From: Nitrospirota bacterium | GTDB taxonomy: Bacteria; Nitrospirota; UBA9217 | Assembly: GCA_963749655.1 (NCBI GenBank) | Contig: CAVVOB010000016.1 | Location: 106,177 to 170,176, forward strand | DNA length: 64,000 bases | Direction: 5' to 3' | Part shown: in pieces, positions 31,901-40,921 of the stretch | Numbering within the stretch: position 1 is the stretch's first letter | Layout of the letters: each line of letters begins with the position of its first letter | Notes under the pieces: model-generated | The model's database searches: none | Told to the model about the DNA's origin: nothing | Seen by the model: the letters and a program-made list of their open reading frames with translations, nothing else | Position numbers and translations under genes: made by a program

Positions 31901-32531
31901 GCCCCTGGGGTTTGTTCATGTACCACTCGGTGATACCGGACCGCTGGATCTCCACGCGGTTGCCCTGAGCGACGACTGCGCCTTCGCCCACTTCAGCCGT
32001 CCCGTGACCGGCGCAAGACTCTTTCGCGTTCTTCGGATCATCTTGCTCCAGGCTGTCGTCCTGACAGTCGTTCCTGCCGATCGACGCGAGACTGAGTCTA
32101 AACAGCTCCGGGCTTCCTTCCGCTGTGCGATCATGGACGCGGATACCCTTTTTGTCAAAATAGGTCCTGATGTTATTAGCCCGGTTCGGTGCCTGGAGGC
32201 CGGCGGCATTTCGGGTTGTCTCGTATTCCTTTTCCGCGATCCGTTTGTGCGCCTCGGCAATCCAATTGCCGTTTTTCTCCACGGGCGCTGCAATGGACGC
32301 GGGCGCAGGCGTGTACGATACAACCGGTACCCGGTTCCCCGTCGTTTGTCGCGGGCTTCGATCATGCAGCAGAGGAAGCAGCAGTAGCAGGGCCAGTACG
32401 CCTGCGGACAATGAGAAAACACCAACGCGCCTGCTGCCTGCGTGGGACGCGTTTCTCTGCGTAATAAGCAGCGAACAGGTTGCGGCTTTGGGTCTCACAT
32501 TATCCGTAACAAATCTGACAAGTGGATGCAT
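28905..32531 (-). CDS. N-terminal half of giant surface protein: FG-GAP/integrin-alpha beta-propeller repeats
   Basis: RBS AAAGGAG, hydrophobic N-terminal segment, 14 repeats of FG.SVSGAGDVNGDGYADVIVGA...GAAFVYHG. Confidence 0.9.
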   Translation of the reverse strand: MHPLVRFVTDNVRPKAATCSLLITQRNASHAGSRRVGVFSLSAGVLALLLLLPLLHDRSPRQTTGNRVPVVSYTPAPASIAAPVEKNGNWIAEAHKRIAEKEYETTRNAAGLQAPNRANNIRTYFDKKGIRVHDRTAEGSPELFRLSLASIGRNDCQDDSLEQDDPKNAKESCAGHGTAEVGEGAVVAQGNRVEIQRSGITEWYMNKPQGLEQGFDIRKRPEGNGELRLALALDNATAALENGKIILTTATGRKLEYKDIKVVDAHNKPIPSRFQLEIKNAKHETVVVIAINDSAATYPVYIDPLLTLTHDALLESDQAGANFGWSVSGAGDVNGDGYADVIVGAPSYDNGETDEGAAFVYYGGTSGISAASFVRLESNLAGANFGWSVSGAGDVNGDGYSDVIVGALSYDNGEIDEGAAFVYHGSASGVSATAATLLESNQAGANFGWSVSGAGDVNGDGYSDVIVGAPSYDSGETDEGAAFVYHGGLSGISTAASALLESNQAGAKFGSSVSGAGDVNADGYADVIVGAPSYDNGQADEGAAFVYHGGPSGISTTAPSVLESFRLSANFGCSVSGAGDVNGDGYADVIVGASTYHNDGQGNTGAAFVYHGSASGVSSTAAALLEITYLATSNFGSRVSGAGDVNGDGYADVIVGASYHVNGGAAFIYHGSASGVSTTDTIRVEANQTSAFLGCSVSGAGDVNGDGFADVIVGANGYDNGETDEGTAFVYHGSAAGIPASTGVVNTAAAKLELSQSQFNASFGYSVSGAGDVNGDGYADVIVGAPKYDNGQADAGAAFLYHGLASGVSTTAATMLESNQAGAGFGVSVSGAGDVNGDGFADVIVGEVNYDNGQADEGAAFVYHGSVSGVSTTAAAILESNQAGAGFGVSVSGAGDVNGDGYADVIVGAHAYSNGQIYEGAAYVYHGSASGISTTAAAQLESNQAGAQFGVSVSGGGDVNGDGYADVIVGASFSDNGETDGGSAFVYHGGPSGIATTASTTLKSNQTSASFGWSVSSAGDVNGDGYADVIVGAPNYDNGQTDEGAAFVYHGAASGVSATPSAVLKYEYSSAFAHFGNSVSSAGDVNGDGYADVIVSAPDLTLAFSYEGAVFVYHGSASGVSTTAAARIESDTVDRTSGGFGNSVSGVGDVNGDGYADVIVGVVNYDESSNGAAFVYLGNTSGRPIIARQMRGNGNTTPVQPWGESFDP
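29000..31600 (-). repeat. Coding tandem repeat, ~186-bp FG-GAP unit, 14 copies
   Basis: Shadow ORFs recur at 29568, 29754, 29940 and 30126 (186-bp period); 14 GDVN.DG motifs counted in the translation. Confidence 0.88.
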
Positions 32532-33020
32532 GGAATCTCCTTTTTCGAGCACAACATGATCAGACACCTGCGCACCGTTCCCTTATCGTAGTATCGGTTT
32601 CATGCAGACTGCATCCTGCACCTCTAGCCCGAATGATCCCTCCTACCCGTATCAGCATCCTGCCGATGTTTTAGCGGGCCATGTCTTCGAAGTCGGTATT
32701 GTTAAATGAATAGGCAACAGTTGAGGGATCGGGCATTGATGACGGGTCGAGAATAGGACAAATTATAGAAAAACGCAAGAGCTTCGATGGGGTATTTTTG
32801 GGGTAGGGGCTGTGATTGCAGAATTATTAAACCAGTTTGCAGCTTTTTGTTCGTAGCTTCCAGTTATGAATTCAAAGCTGATCGTTTCGGAAACTTTTAA
32901 AAGCAGCAGAACGGGAAGTGTCAGGAATAGTTATATATCAAAATAGATACGGTTTCATCATGCGGCATGATTTCCAGTATGAAGCTATGAAAAGCGGTGG
33001 GATGCGGAATCAATAAAGCA

Positions 33021-33126
33021 GTTTTGAGTTTTGAATTTTTAGTTCTGAGTTTTAAAAAAGGCAGGACAAGGCAGGAAAGTACTATAGTAAGGAAAACTCA
33101 AAACTCACCACTCAAAACTAAAAACT
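33021..33126. repeat. Inverted heptamer-repeat element
   Basis: Five GTTTTGA-like units, a spacer, then five AAAACTC-like units; abuts the aminotransferase stop codon. Confidence 0.8.
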
Positions 33127-34297
33127 ACTTTTTTAGGGTTTTCCGAATCCTCTCCAACGCCTGTTCCAGCCGGGCATCGGGAATGGTAAGGGACACGCGG
33201 AAGTACCCTTCCCCGTAGGTGCCGTAGGCGATACCGGGAGTCACGAGCACGCTCGCTTCATCCAGGAGTTTATTGGCGAAGTCCAGCGAAGAAAATCCTT
33301 TCGGCACGGCAAGCCACAAATAGAACGTCCCGTCGCCGCCTTTTGTTTCGATGCCGATCTCGTCGAACACGCGCCGCACCATGCCGCGCCTGCGCTGGTA
33401 GATCGCGAGCATGGTCCTGATGTCCCCGTCCCCTTCGTCCATGGCCTTGATGCTGGCAAGCTGGATCGCGTTGAACACGCCGGAGGTCACGTTCTCCTTA
33501 AACCGCGACATGGCGTGAATGATCTTGTCGCTGCCCACGGCCATGCCGATCCGCCAGCCCGTCATGTTGTACGCCTTGCTCAGAGAGTTGAATTCCACGG
33601 CGATATCTTTGGCGCCCGGCGCCTGCATCAGGCTCTGCCTGCGCTCGGCCGGGAAGACGATCTCACTGTAAGGGTTGTCGTTCAAGAGCAGGATCTGGTG
33701 CTTCTTGGCCCAGGCAACCAGGCGGGAGTAAAACGCACTGTCAGCGCAGGCGCCTGTGGGATTGTTCGGATAGTTGAGGAAGAACGCCTTTGCCTTTTTA
33801 CAGACATCGTCGGGAATCTCTTCGAAAGCAGGCAGGAAGCAGTTCTTCTCCAGGAGCGGAACATCGTAGGGCTCGGCGCCGGCGAGCTGGATATTGGCCT
33901 TGTACGCCGGATATCCGGGATTCATGGTGAGCACGATCTCGCCGGGATTGACCAATGCCATGATGAAGTGGTGAATGCCCTCTTTCAATCCGTTGAGGGC
34001 CAGGACCTCGGTCTCGGGATCGAACGCCACGTTGTATTTTCGGCCGTACCACCGCGCAACGGCCTTCCGGAAGACCAGCATGCCCTTGTGCTCGTCCGTG
34101 GGATACTGATGGTTCGCCGGATCGAGCACCGCCTCCCGCATCGCCTCGATGATATAGCCCGGAGTCGGCTCCACCGGATCGCCGATAGCGAGGGAGATAA
34201 GGTCCACCCCTTTTGCCTGCAGCTGCCTGATCTTTTCGCGCATCTGCATGAAAAGATAGGAAGGTATGTTTTTCAGCCTGTCGGCTACGATGTCCAT
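33125..34297 (-). CDS. dapL: Class I/II PLP aminotransferase, LL-diaminopimelate aminotransferase-like
   Basis: ISLAIGDP, NHQYP, PGYPAY, LNYPNNPTG, EFNSLSKAYNMTGWRIG, GEGYFRVSLT. Substrate is inferred. Confidence 0.75.
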   Translation of the reverse strand: MDIVADRLKNIPSYLFMQMREKIRQLQAKGVDLISLAIGDPVEPTPGYIIEAMREAVLDPANHQYPTDEHKGMLVFRKAVARWYGRKYNVAFDPETEVLALNGLKEGIHHFIMALVNPGEIVLTMNPGYPAYKANIQLAGAEPYDVPLLEKNCFLPAFEEIPDDVCKKAKAFFLNYPNNPTGACADSAFYSRLVAWAKKHQILLLNDNPYSEIVFPAERRQSLMQAPGAKDIAVEFNSLSKAYNMTGWRIGMAVGSDKIIHAMSRFKENVTSGVFNAIQLASIKAMDEGDGDIRTMLAIYQRRRGMVRRVFDEIGIETKGGDGTFYLWLAVPKGFSSLDFANKLLDEASVLVTPGIAYGTYGEGYFRVSLTIPDARLEQALERIRKTLKK

Positions 34298-34319
34298 GAG
34301 TACGTCTGTCCCCTCTATC

Positions 34320-34420
34320 CGTCATTCCGGCATGGCTCCAGCCGGAATCCAGTGTCTCGCTTTTTTATCAGCTTGAATTTTAAAAATCTGGATTCCCGAC
34401 TAAGGCGTTCGGGAATGACG
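34320..34420. repeat. REP-like element CGTCATTCC...GGAATGACG
   Basis: CGTCATTCCGG..CCGGAATCCAG ... CTGGATTCCCG..CGGGAATGACG; related arms at 39714-39848, 47031-47054 and about 51703-51743. Confidence 0.75.
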
Positions 34421-34491
34421 ATACACCGTTATTAGGCTTCTCTCTGCGATCTCTGCGTCCTCTGCGGTGAAAATCCTGTCTTTCGAATTTC

Positions 34492-35745
34492 TCAGCTCTT
34501 CGCCCACTCCCGGATCGTCTGCCCCAGCCGCAGGATGCTCTTTTCCGAGATCATCGGATACACGCAGATCTCCAGGATCGAGGCCTCCCTCGGGCCGCCC
34601 TGGCCGTGCGGAGTGCCGCCCTTCTCTTGAAAGGGCTCCAGGCGCGAGCAGTCGGACATGTCCGTGTTCTTGGTGTCGAAGCCGTGCTTGAGCAGATAGG
34701 CGCGCAGATCGTTTCGCCTTGACGGGTCCACGGTCAAAGGATAGTAGACGTAGATATGGTCTCCGGTGGTCGACGACGGAACGCCGATGCCCTTTACTCC
34801 GTCGAGGGTCTCCGACAGGATCCGGGCGTTCCTGCGCGCGCCTTCATTGAACGCGTCGATGCGGTCCAGCTGGATCAGGCCGAGGGCAGCCTGTAGATTG
34901 GCCAGGCGGTACACGCGGGGTGCAGAAGCGGAAAAGGTGTGCAGCAGCTCATCGCCCACTTCCGAATCCATGAGCGGCTGGCCCAGCGCCAGCTTCAGAC
35001 GAAGCGCCGGGTAGACGGTGACGCCGAAGATCTCGGGCCGGGTCAGGAGCCAGAGCGCCCAGATGACGCCCGCCTTTTTGAGCACGGTCCCGCTTGCGGG
35101 CAGCGATGCCTTTTCCAGAACCGCAGCAGCCCGCTTTGCGATCGCTTCATCAAAGGTTGCGATGGCGCCGCCGCCGAAACAGGGCATGTTCTTGCCCTCG
35201 GCAAAGCTGTAGATTCCGATATCGCCGAAGGTCCCGACCGACCGTCCTCCCACGCGCACGCCCAGGGCATGGGCGCAGTCTTCCAGCATCCGGACATTGC
35301 GCTTCTTCACCAGCTCGCCGATCTCCTGGACCTTGCAGGGCTGGCCGAAAAGGTGCGTTGCCAGGACCGCGCCGGTCCGCTCGTTCAACAGGGGCGCGAT
35401 GTGCTCAGGCCCGGAGTTGAAGGTCACGGGGTCGACGTCGCAGAAGACGGGTTTGTACCCGAGCAGCTTAGCGACCATGGGGATTACGGGAAAAGTGAAT
35501 ACGGGGAAGATGATCTCCTTCCCCTTCTCAAGACCGAGCGATTCGAGGGCCAGCTGGAAGGCAGATCTGCCGGAAGCCGCCCCGAACACCTGGGGACCCT
35601 TCAGCCAGCCGCTGAATTTCTTCGAAAAAGCGTCAAGCGCCGGCCCCTCCTGAACCGTGCCGCTCACGGCGCAGCTGATGAGGGTGCGCAATGCTCCGGG
35701 CGGCAGGTTTACGGCTCGTCGAGGTATGCTCCCGATAATGGCCAT
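34492..35745 (-). CDS. DegT/DnrJ/EryC1/StrS family aminotransferase
   Basis: SGRSA, PVFCDVD, THLFGQP, EDCAHALG, GTFGDIGIYSFAEGKNM (PLP lysine). Confidence 0.88.
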   Translation of the reverse strand: MAIIGSIPRRAVNLPPGALRTLISCAVSGTVQEGPALDAFSKKFSGWLKGPQVFGAASGRSAFQLALESLGLEKGKEIIFPVFTFPVIPMVAKLLGYKPVFCDVDPVTFNSGPEHIAPLLNERTGAVLATHLFGQPCKVQEIGELVKKRNVRMLEDCAHALGVRVGGRSVGTFGDIGIYSFAEGKNMPCFGGGAIATFDEAIAKRAAAVLEKASLPASGTVLKKAGVIWALWLLTRPEIFGVTVYPALRLKLALGQPLMDSEVGDELLHTFSASAPRVYRLANLQAALGLIQLDRIDAFNEGARRNARILSETLDGVKGIGVPSSTTGDHIYVYYPLTVDPSRRNDLRAYLLKHGFDTKNTDMSDCSRLEPFQEKGGTPHGQGGPREASILEICVYPMISEKSILRLGQTIREWAKS

Positions 35746-35778
35746 GCTTGTTGTTCTCCTTTGCGATGTCGTAAATTT

Positions 35779-37197
35779 TCAGAATATCTTTCTGATGCCC
35801 AGCAGGCTCCAGAAGATGTCCGGGTTGTGCAGGTAAAAGGACCAGTACCGCCTGAAGTGCCGGAAGGCGAACCCCGGCCGGAACAGATAGCGCTTGTAGA
35901 AGCGCGACCGCAGCTTTACCAGCTCGTCGGTCGAAACGGCGGAGAACGTCAGCATCGGCGTGGCGTAATGGTAGAGCTTCTTCGGGTCCGTGTCCGTCAG
36001 CTTGTCCTTGAACTGCTCCCAGGCCTGCGAGCCGGGATAGGGCGTGTAGAAATGGACCTGGATGCTGTCGGAATTGAGCTCCATTGCCAGGTTGATGGTC
36101 TGCTCGATCTCCTCCCGCGTTTCCGTTGGGTTGCCGATCACATAATAGGCGTTCGTGCCGATGCCGAGTTCGCGCGTCCAGCCGAAGATCTGGCGGCACA
36201 TATCGATCCAGGGACGGTCGGCGCCCTGCTTATGCATGGCCTTGATGATCCGCTCGCTGCCCGATTCCACGCCGAGTCCCAGCATGACGCAGCCGGCCTT
36301 CTTCATCAGTACGAGTAAATCATAATTCAGCTCGTCCACCCGGACCCTGGCCATCCAGGGCATGGTGGACTTCCTGCTGATAAGCTCCTCGCACAGGGAC
36401 TGCATGAACTTTCGATGGGCGGAAAAGCTGTCGTCCTGGAACGAGCAGATATTGACGCCCTGCTTTGCCAGGTGCTCCATCTCGTCGGCAACGCTTGCAG
36501 CGGACCTGCTGCGCAGGCGCTTCCCGGTGCTGACCCGCATGACCTCGCTGCAGAACATGCAGCCGTGGGGGCAGCCCCGCGTGGCGATCAGATAACCCCA
36601 GACCACGCGTTTCGGCACGGTGACCGGGAAGATGGACTGGTATGCGGCAAGTTCTTCCTTCGTATAGGAAGGAAATGCCAGGAGGTCCGGCTCTTCGACC
36701 ATGAACCGCTTGCCCTCGTCGAACAGCGTGCGGTAATGGCCCTTCCAGTCCCCTGAATTCGGACCCTCGCCGCAGACGGAGCGGAACAGCTCGAAGAACT
36801 CCTGTTCCGGCTCGCCGAGCAGGATGGCGTCGTAGTTGGCCGTGAGCTCCTTCTGCCGGTCGCGGTGATGGTAAAAGCCCTGTCCGATGCCGATGATCAC
36901 GGGGGCATTTGCCTGGGCCCTGAGGCCCGTCACGTAGCTGTCGGACACGTCGATGTCGAAGCTCGAGGCCGAGACAACGACGAGGTCGGGCTTGACCTGC
37001 GACGTATGGTCCAGCAGGCCTGAAACGCTCATCGGCCGGATCCAGCAGTCCAGGAGATGGACCTTCGTATCGGGACGGCGGTCCAGCCCGGCCTGAAGAC
37101 ATTTGAGGGCATAGGGCGGATCAAAGAACTGCGGATGTTCCACGTCCTTATCCACGGTGGAACTGACCCGTACCAGCAGGACGGAATTGATCTTCAA
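35779..37197 (-). CDS. B12-binding-domain radical SAM protein
   Basis: TRGCPHGCMFC, FQDDSF, GVESGSER, YVIGNPTET, TPYPGS; TTG start overlaps the upstream TGA. Confidence 0.88.
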   Translation of the reverse strand: MKINSVLLVRVSSTVDKDVEHPQFFDPPYALKCLQAGLDRRPDTKVHLLDCWIRPMSVSGLLDHTSQVKPDLVVVSASSFDIDVSDSYVTGLRAQANAPVIIGIGQGFYHHRDRQKELTANYDAILLGEPEQEFFELFRSVCGEGPNSGDWKGHYRTLFDEGKRFMVEEPDLLAFPSYTKEELAAYQSIFPVTVPKRVVWGYLIATRGCPHGCMFCSEVMRVSTGKRLRSRSAASVADEMEHLAKQGVNICSFQDDSFSAHRKFMQSLCEELISRKSTMPWMARVRVDELNYDLLVLMKKAGCVMLGLGVESGSERIIKAMHKQGADRPWIDMCRQIFGWTRELGIGTNAYYVIGNPTETREEIEQTINLAMELNSDSIQVHFYTPYPGSQAWEQFKDKLTDTDPKKLYHYATPMLTFSAVSTDELVKLRSRFYKRYLFRPGFAFRHFRRYWSFYLHNPDIFWSLLGIRKIF

Positions 37198-38261
37198 GGT
37201 GCAAGCTCCTTTTCAGGGATGGAATTGGGCAGCGCGGCATCGGACATATCGGGATGGTCCCTCCAGGTCCTCAGGTTGAAGGCCCGCCGGAACATCCAGG
37301 TGACGGCGCCGAGAATAATGTGCAGCCAGAAGTCGATAAAGCGGTTCACCACGGTCAATGAAGCGGCCAGGGGGGACGCAACGCCGAGCAGCCGCAGACA
37401 GCCGAACATGGTCAGCTCCACTGCGCCGGCCCCCGACGGCGTAAGCGGGAAGGCCGTGATGATGATCGGGATCATCGTAAGAAACACCGCCTGTGCCGCG
37501 CCCAGATCTATATGAAAGGCCTTTGCGAGCAGGAACATCCAAAGGGTCTCCATGCTCCAGATAAGCATCGTCAGGACGAGCAGGGAGAGGGTCTCTTTCG
37601 GGTCCGGCAGCATGCCTGTATGGAACGCGCCGATCCGCTGGCGTACGGCCTCGGGCATCCATGACGGCACGGCATGGCGCAGCACGATGAACATGACGAC
37701 GACGGCGGTCGTTGCCAGGGCGATCACGAAGGCGATCAGCAGCGCCCAGGCAACGGGTTTGGGAAAGGCCGACGAAAAAAGCAGCCACGATGCGCCTGCG
37801 GCGAGGATCAGGACCATCCAGGCGTCCACCATGCGCAGGAATACGATCGAGCCCAGCGCAGCCGAACGGCGGACCCCGCAGTTGATCCGGGCCAGATGCG
37901 ACGCATATACGTCGCCGAGCTTGGCAGGGACGATGTTGTCGATGAAATTGTAGAAAAAAACGAGCAGCCCGAACCGGGCGTTGCCGCAGCGCATGGGCAC
38001 GTGGCTCAGACTCCGCTTCCAGCGCATTCCCCGGATGGGGTAGGTGCCATAATGCATGAGCGCGCCGAGGAGCAGGATGACCTTGTTGCTGGCGACCAGC
38101 TCCCGCCAGACCTGGCCGAGATCGACGTACGAGACCAGGAGGACGAGGAGGACCGCCGTGATCGCTATGCTGACCAGGGTATGCCAGCCCCAGAGCTTCG
38201 GGCTCTTCCCCTCGTTGGGGGCGTTGTTTTGAAGGTCTTCTGCGACCGTCGGCTTTTCCAT
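37194..38261 (-). CDS. Lysylphosphatidylglycerol-synthase TM-domain (flippase-like) protein
   Basis: RGMRW, NIVPAKLGD, PLTPSGAGAVE, NRFIDFW; multiple TM. Confidence 0.82.
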   Translation of the reverse strand: MEKPTVAEDLQNNAPNEGKSPKLWGWHTLVSIAITAVLLVLLVSYVDLGQVWRELVASNKVILLLGALMHYGTYPIRGMRWKRSLSHVPMRCGNARFGLLVFFYNFIDNIVPAKLGDVYASHLARINCGVRRSAALGSIVFLRMVDAWMVLILAAGASWLLFSSAFPKPVAWALLIAFVIALATTAVVVMFIVLRHAVPSWMPEAVRQRIGAFHTGMLPDPKETLSLLVLTMLIWSMETLWMFLLAKAFHIDLGAAQAVFLTMIPIIITAFPLTPSGAGAVELTMFGCLRLLGVASPLAASLTVVNRFIDFWLHIILGAVTWMFRRAFNLRTWRDHPDMSDAALPNSIPEKELAP

Positions 38262-38296
38262 AATCGGTTAACGATCCTTACCTTAAATGCAGTTGG

Positions 38297-38445
38297 AACC
38301 ACAGATGAACACGGTTAGACACAAAACCAGATCTTGATTTAGAGTTTCCAGCAGGTCAGGCTTACAGTCTCAACCATATTGCAATATCACGGTTCAATCT
38401 ATGAATTGAACCCGCCCTGCATTTCCCCGTGTTAATCCGTGGTTA
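38297..38445. repeat. Inverted nonamer-arm element (AACCACAGATGAACACGG type)
   Basis: AACCACAGATGAACACGG...CCGTGTTAATCCGTGGTT; a second copy lies at 59382-59467. Confidence 0.7.
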
Positions 38446-38450
38446 AAAAA

Positions 38451-39671
38451 TTATCTCTTTCCGTCCAGCACCGGCTGCAGAATGCCGAACACCTGTTCAG
38501 GCGTGATGACCTGGAGGCAGACGTTGTCCGTGCACGCTGTCTTCCGGTGGTTCGACGCGGAAACGCAGGGCGAACAGGCCAGGCTTGCGTAGATCGGCGT
38601 GGTGTTGCCGAGCGGACAGTAGAGTTTCGGCGTTTCAGGTCCGAAAAATACGAACGTGGGCATATCGGTCACCGAGGCGAAATGCGGCGGCCCGGAGTCG
38701 TTGCTCAGCATGAAAGCGCTTACTGAGTAGAGGGCCGGCAACTCCATCAGGGCCGTGTGACCGGCGAAATTGACACATCGCTCAGAACGGACTGCCGCGG
38801 GAATGGATTCCAGCCAGCCCCGTTCGCTCGGTCCCCCGGTAAGGAGAATGAGAACATCGGGGTGCTTCTCCAGGATCATGCAGGCAAGACGGATATAGTT
38901 CTCCCGCGGCCAGCGCCGGATGGGCAGCAGCTCCGAGGCATTGGCGTTGAAGAGCACGATGCGGTGGCGCCCCTGGTCATAGGACGGAACAACTTCCCTG
39001 ACTTTCGAGCGCATCGACGCCCGCACTTCTTCGCTCACAACGACTTTTCGCAGGATCGCTTCATCGTCCCCGACCGCCTTTTTCGAGTACGGGAACTCCG
39101 CCCTGTCGCTCATTAATGAGTTCACGAGGGCGATGAAATTCTTCGTCATGTGAAGGTGCGGATTGTAGGAGACTTTATGGGTCAGAAAATCGCCGCGGTA
39201 GAGGCCTTCATTATGAAAGGCATGGAACCCGACCGTGCGCGCAGCCCCGGAAAAGGCCGTCAGCAGCGCGGTAAAACGGGAGAACAACTCCATGTCGATG
39301 ACGGAGTCGATCCCTCTTTTGCGCGCCCAGAAGGGAAAGCGGACCGCGTCCTTGATGAGTCCCCAAAGGCCGTTGTCATCGAGGGTAAAGATGTTCTCGG
39401 GAGGGACCGTGCCGAGGAGTTTCAGGCTCGGGCTGTTCTTCTTGAAAATGGCGAAAAAGAGGTTCACGCCGGGATTGCGCTTCAATTTCTGCATCGCGGG
39501 ATCGGCAAGAATGGTGCTGCCCATTTCCGAAAGCTCGATCAGCAGGACATTACACGGAGCGGAAAATTTTGCGCGGATAAAGGGCGCAATGAGCTTCTTC
39601 AGCACGGTCACTGCAAAACACAGCGGCACGCCTGCGAAGTAATCCACTTTCCGCATGGTATCGACTTTCAT
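38451..39671 (-). CDS. Glycosyltransferase family 9 (heptosyltransferase-like)
   Basis: LSEMGSTIL, RRWPRENY, SNDSGPPHFA, FFGPETP, CSPC...C..NVCL. Confidence 0.88.
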   Translation of the reverse strand: MKVDTMRKVDYFAGVPLCFAVTVLKKLIAPFIRAKFSAPCNVLLIELSEMGSTILADPAMQKLKRNPGVNLFFAIFKKNSPSLKLLGTVPPENIFTLDDNGLWGLIKDAVRFPFWARKRGIDSVIDMELFSRFTALLTAFSGAARTVGFHAFHNEGLYRGDFLTHKVSYNPHLHMTKNFIALVNSLMSDRAEFPYSKKAVGDDEAILRKVVVSEEVRASMRSKVREVVPSYDQGRHRIVLFNANASELLPIRRWPRENYIRLACMILEKHPDVLILLTGGPSERGWLESIPAAVRSERCVNFAGHTALMELPALYSVSAFMLSNDSGPPHFASVTDMPTFVFFGPETPKLYCPLGNTTPIYASLACSPCVSASNHRKTACTDNVCLQVITPEQVFGILQPVLDGKR

Positions 39672-39691
39672 TTACACTCCCTAGCATGCAC

Positions 39692-39888
39692 GCTTGATAG
39701 CCTCGTAAAATGTCGTCATTCCCGCTCGTCGGGAATCGTGTTGCCACATAACGCACTGCTAAGATACGATTCCGGGCAAGCCCCGACTGGTCGGGGCAGG
39801 CCGGCAGCGCCCCGCATCAATATTTTTCACAAGGAGCGGGGAATGACGGTGCTTTGATGATTTTCGACTTTTTACGAGTACATCAAGC
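39692..39888. repeat. Nested inverted-repeat (MITE/REP-like) element
   Basis: Outer GCTTGAT..CTCGTAAAA.GTCG / CGAC.TTTTACGAG..ATCAAGC encloses CGTCATTCCCGCTC / GAGCGGGGAATGACG and an inner GCCCCGAC-TG-GTCGGGGC. Confidence 0.7.
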
Positions 39889-40035
39889 TGACAGGCGTTT
39901 GATCAACCAATCCGCAATTGATGCCTTGCCCCTTGCTACTTGACCCTGGACCCTATTCGTTCCGCACTCCGCATTCCGAAATTCGCAATCCGCAATAAGG
40001 AGGTAGTTCTCCTGACTCCTGACTCCTGACTCACC

Positions 40036-40602
40036 TCAGGGTTTCCACTTCTCGAAAAAATTGTCCATGGCCCGCTTGTCACCGAGGCGAAAGTGCCCGT
40101 ACCAGAAAGTAAGCTGCTTTTTTGCCTCGGCTTTAGGCTCCCGGTCCACGACCACCTTCCACATGGCCGAAACGAGCCCCGACCGGTCGGCTCCGGCCTG
40201 GCAGTGGATGAGAATGGGGCGCGGTGCACCCTGAAAAACCGCGAGGAGCTCCTGCACCTGCTGCGGCGTGAGTTCATGGGAGGCGCTGAGCGCGACATCG
40301 TAATGCGCCACCTGAACGCGGGCGCAGACCGCAAGCTCGTCCTCGTACCAGTCTTCCCCTGCATGGCGGCCCCGCAGGTTCAGAACGCTCCGTATGCCGT
40401 GTTGCCTGAGATAACCTTCGAGCCGACTGCCGTTGAGCTGTGCCGAGCGGTACGCTTCCCCTTCCGTGATCGGATGAAAGTTGCCCTGCACTTTGACGTA
40501 CACAACATACAAGCAGATCGAGAGCAGACAAAAAACGCCTGCTCCGAGGAGGAATCTGCGCCACTTCAGCATGTTCGTTGCAGTCGATTTGACCTGACAC
40601 AT
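40036..40602 (-). CDS. Protein-tyrosine/dual-specificity phosphatase family protein
   Basis: NFHPI, YRSAQL, VLNLRG, catalytic HCQAGADRSG; N-terminal TM. Confidence 0.88.
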   Translation of the reverse strand: MCQVKSTATNMLKWRRFLLGAGVFCLLSICLYVVYVKVQGNFHPITEGEAYRSAQLNGSRLEGYLRQHGIRSVLNLRGRHAGEDWYEDELAVCARVQVAHYDVALSASHELTPQQVQELLAVFQGAPRPILIHCQAGADRSGLVSAMWKVVVDREPKAEAKKQLTFWYGHFRLGDKRAMDNFFEKWKP

Positions 40603-40844
40603 GAATGTACCACATCCTGGACCGGGCGTGTAAAAACCGTGCGGGACTTCGTTACCGGGAGTACGTCGTGTGCATAATGCACAGGGCGATGATCGTGCTG
40701 CACCACGGAGCGGTCATGTCGGTTTGTTGCGCGACAAAGAATTTTGGAATATTACCTGCTTCCCCGCGAAATGTCAATCCCCTTCGCCCGGAATTCCCTT
40801 CCGGCAAAAAGAATTCCCGACCTGCCTGGAGAAGCAGATTCTTT

Positions 40845-40873
40845 TTGACAATCCCCTGCACTTCCTTTATATT
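40845..40873 (+). promoter_or_regulatory. Sigma70-type promoter of mtnA
   Basis: TTGACA-17 bp-TATATT. Confidence 0.65.
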
Positions 40874-40921
40874 TAAAATGAGTTAGCCGTATTTTTGTTC
40901 CCGTGACCTAAAGGAGAAAGC

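Noticed and set aside
40603-40921. SAM riboswitch upstream of mtnA
   Set aside because: No SAM-I consensus, and the promoter lies only about 50 bp from the ATG.
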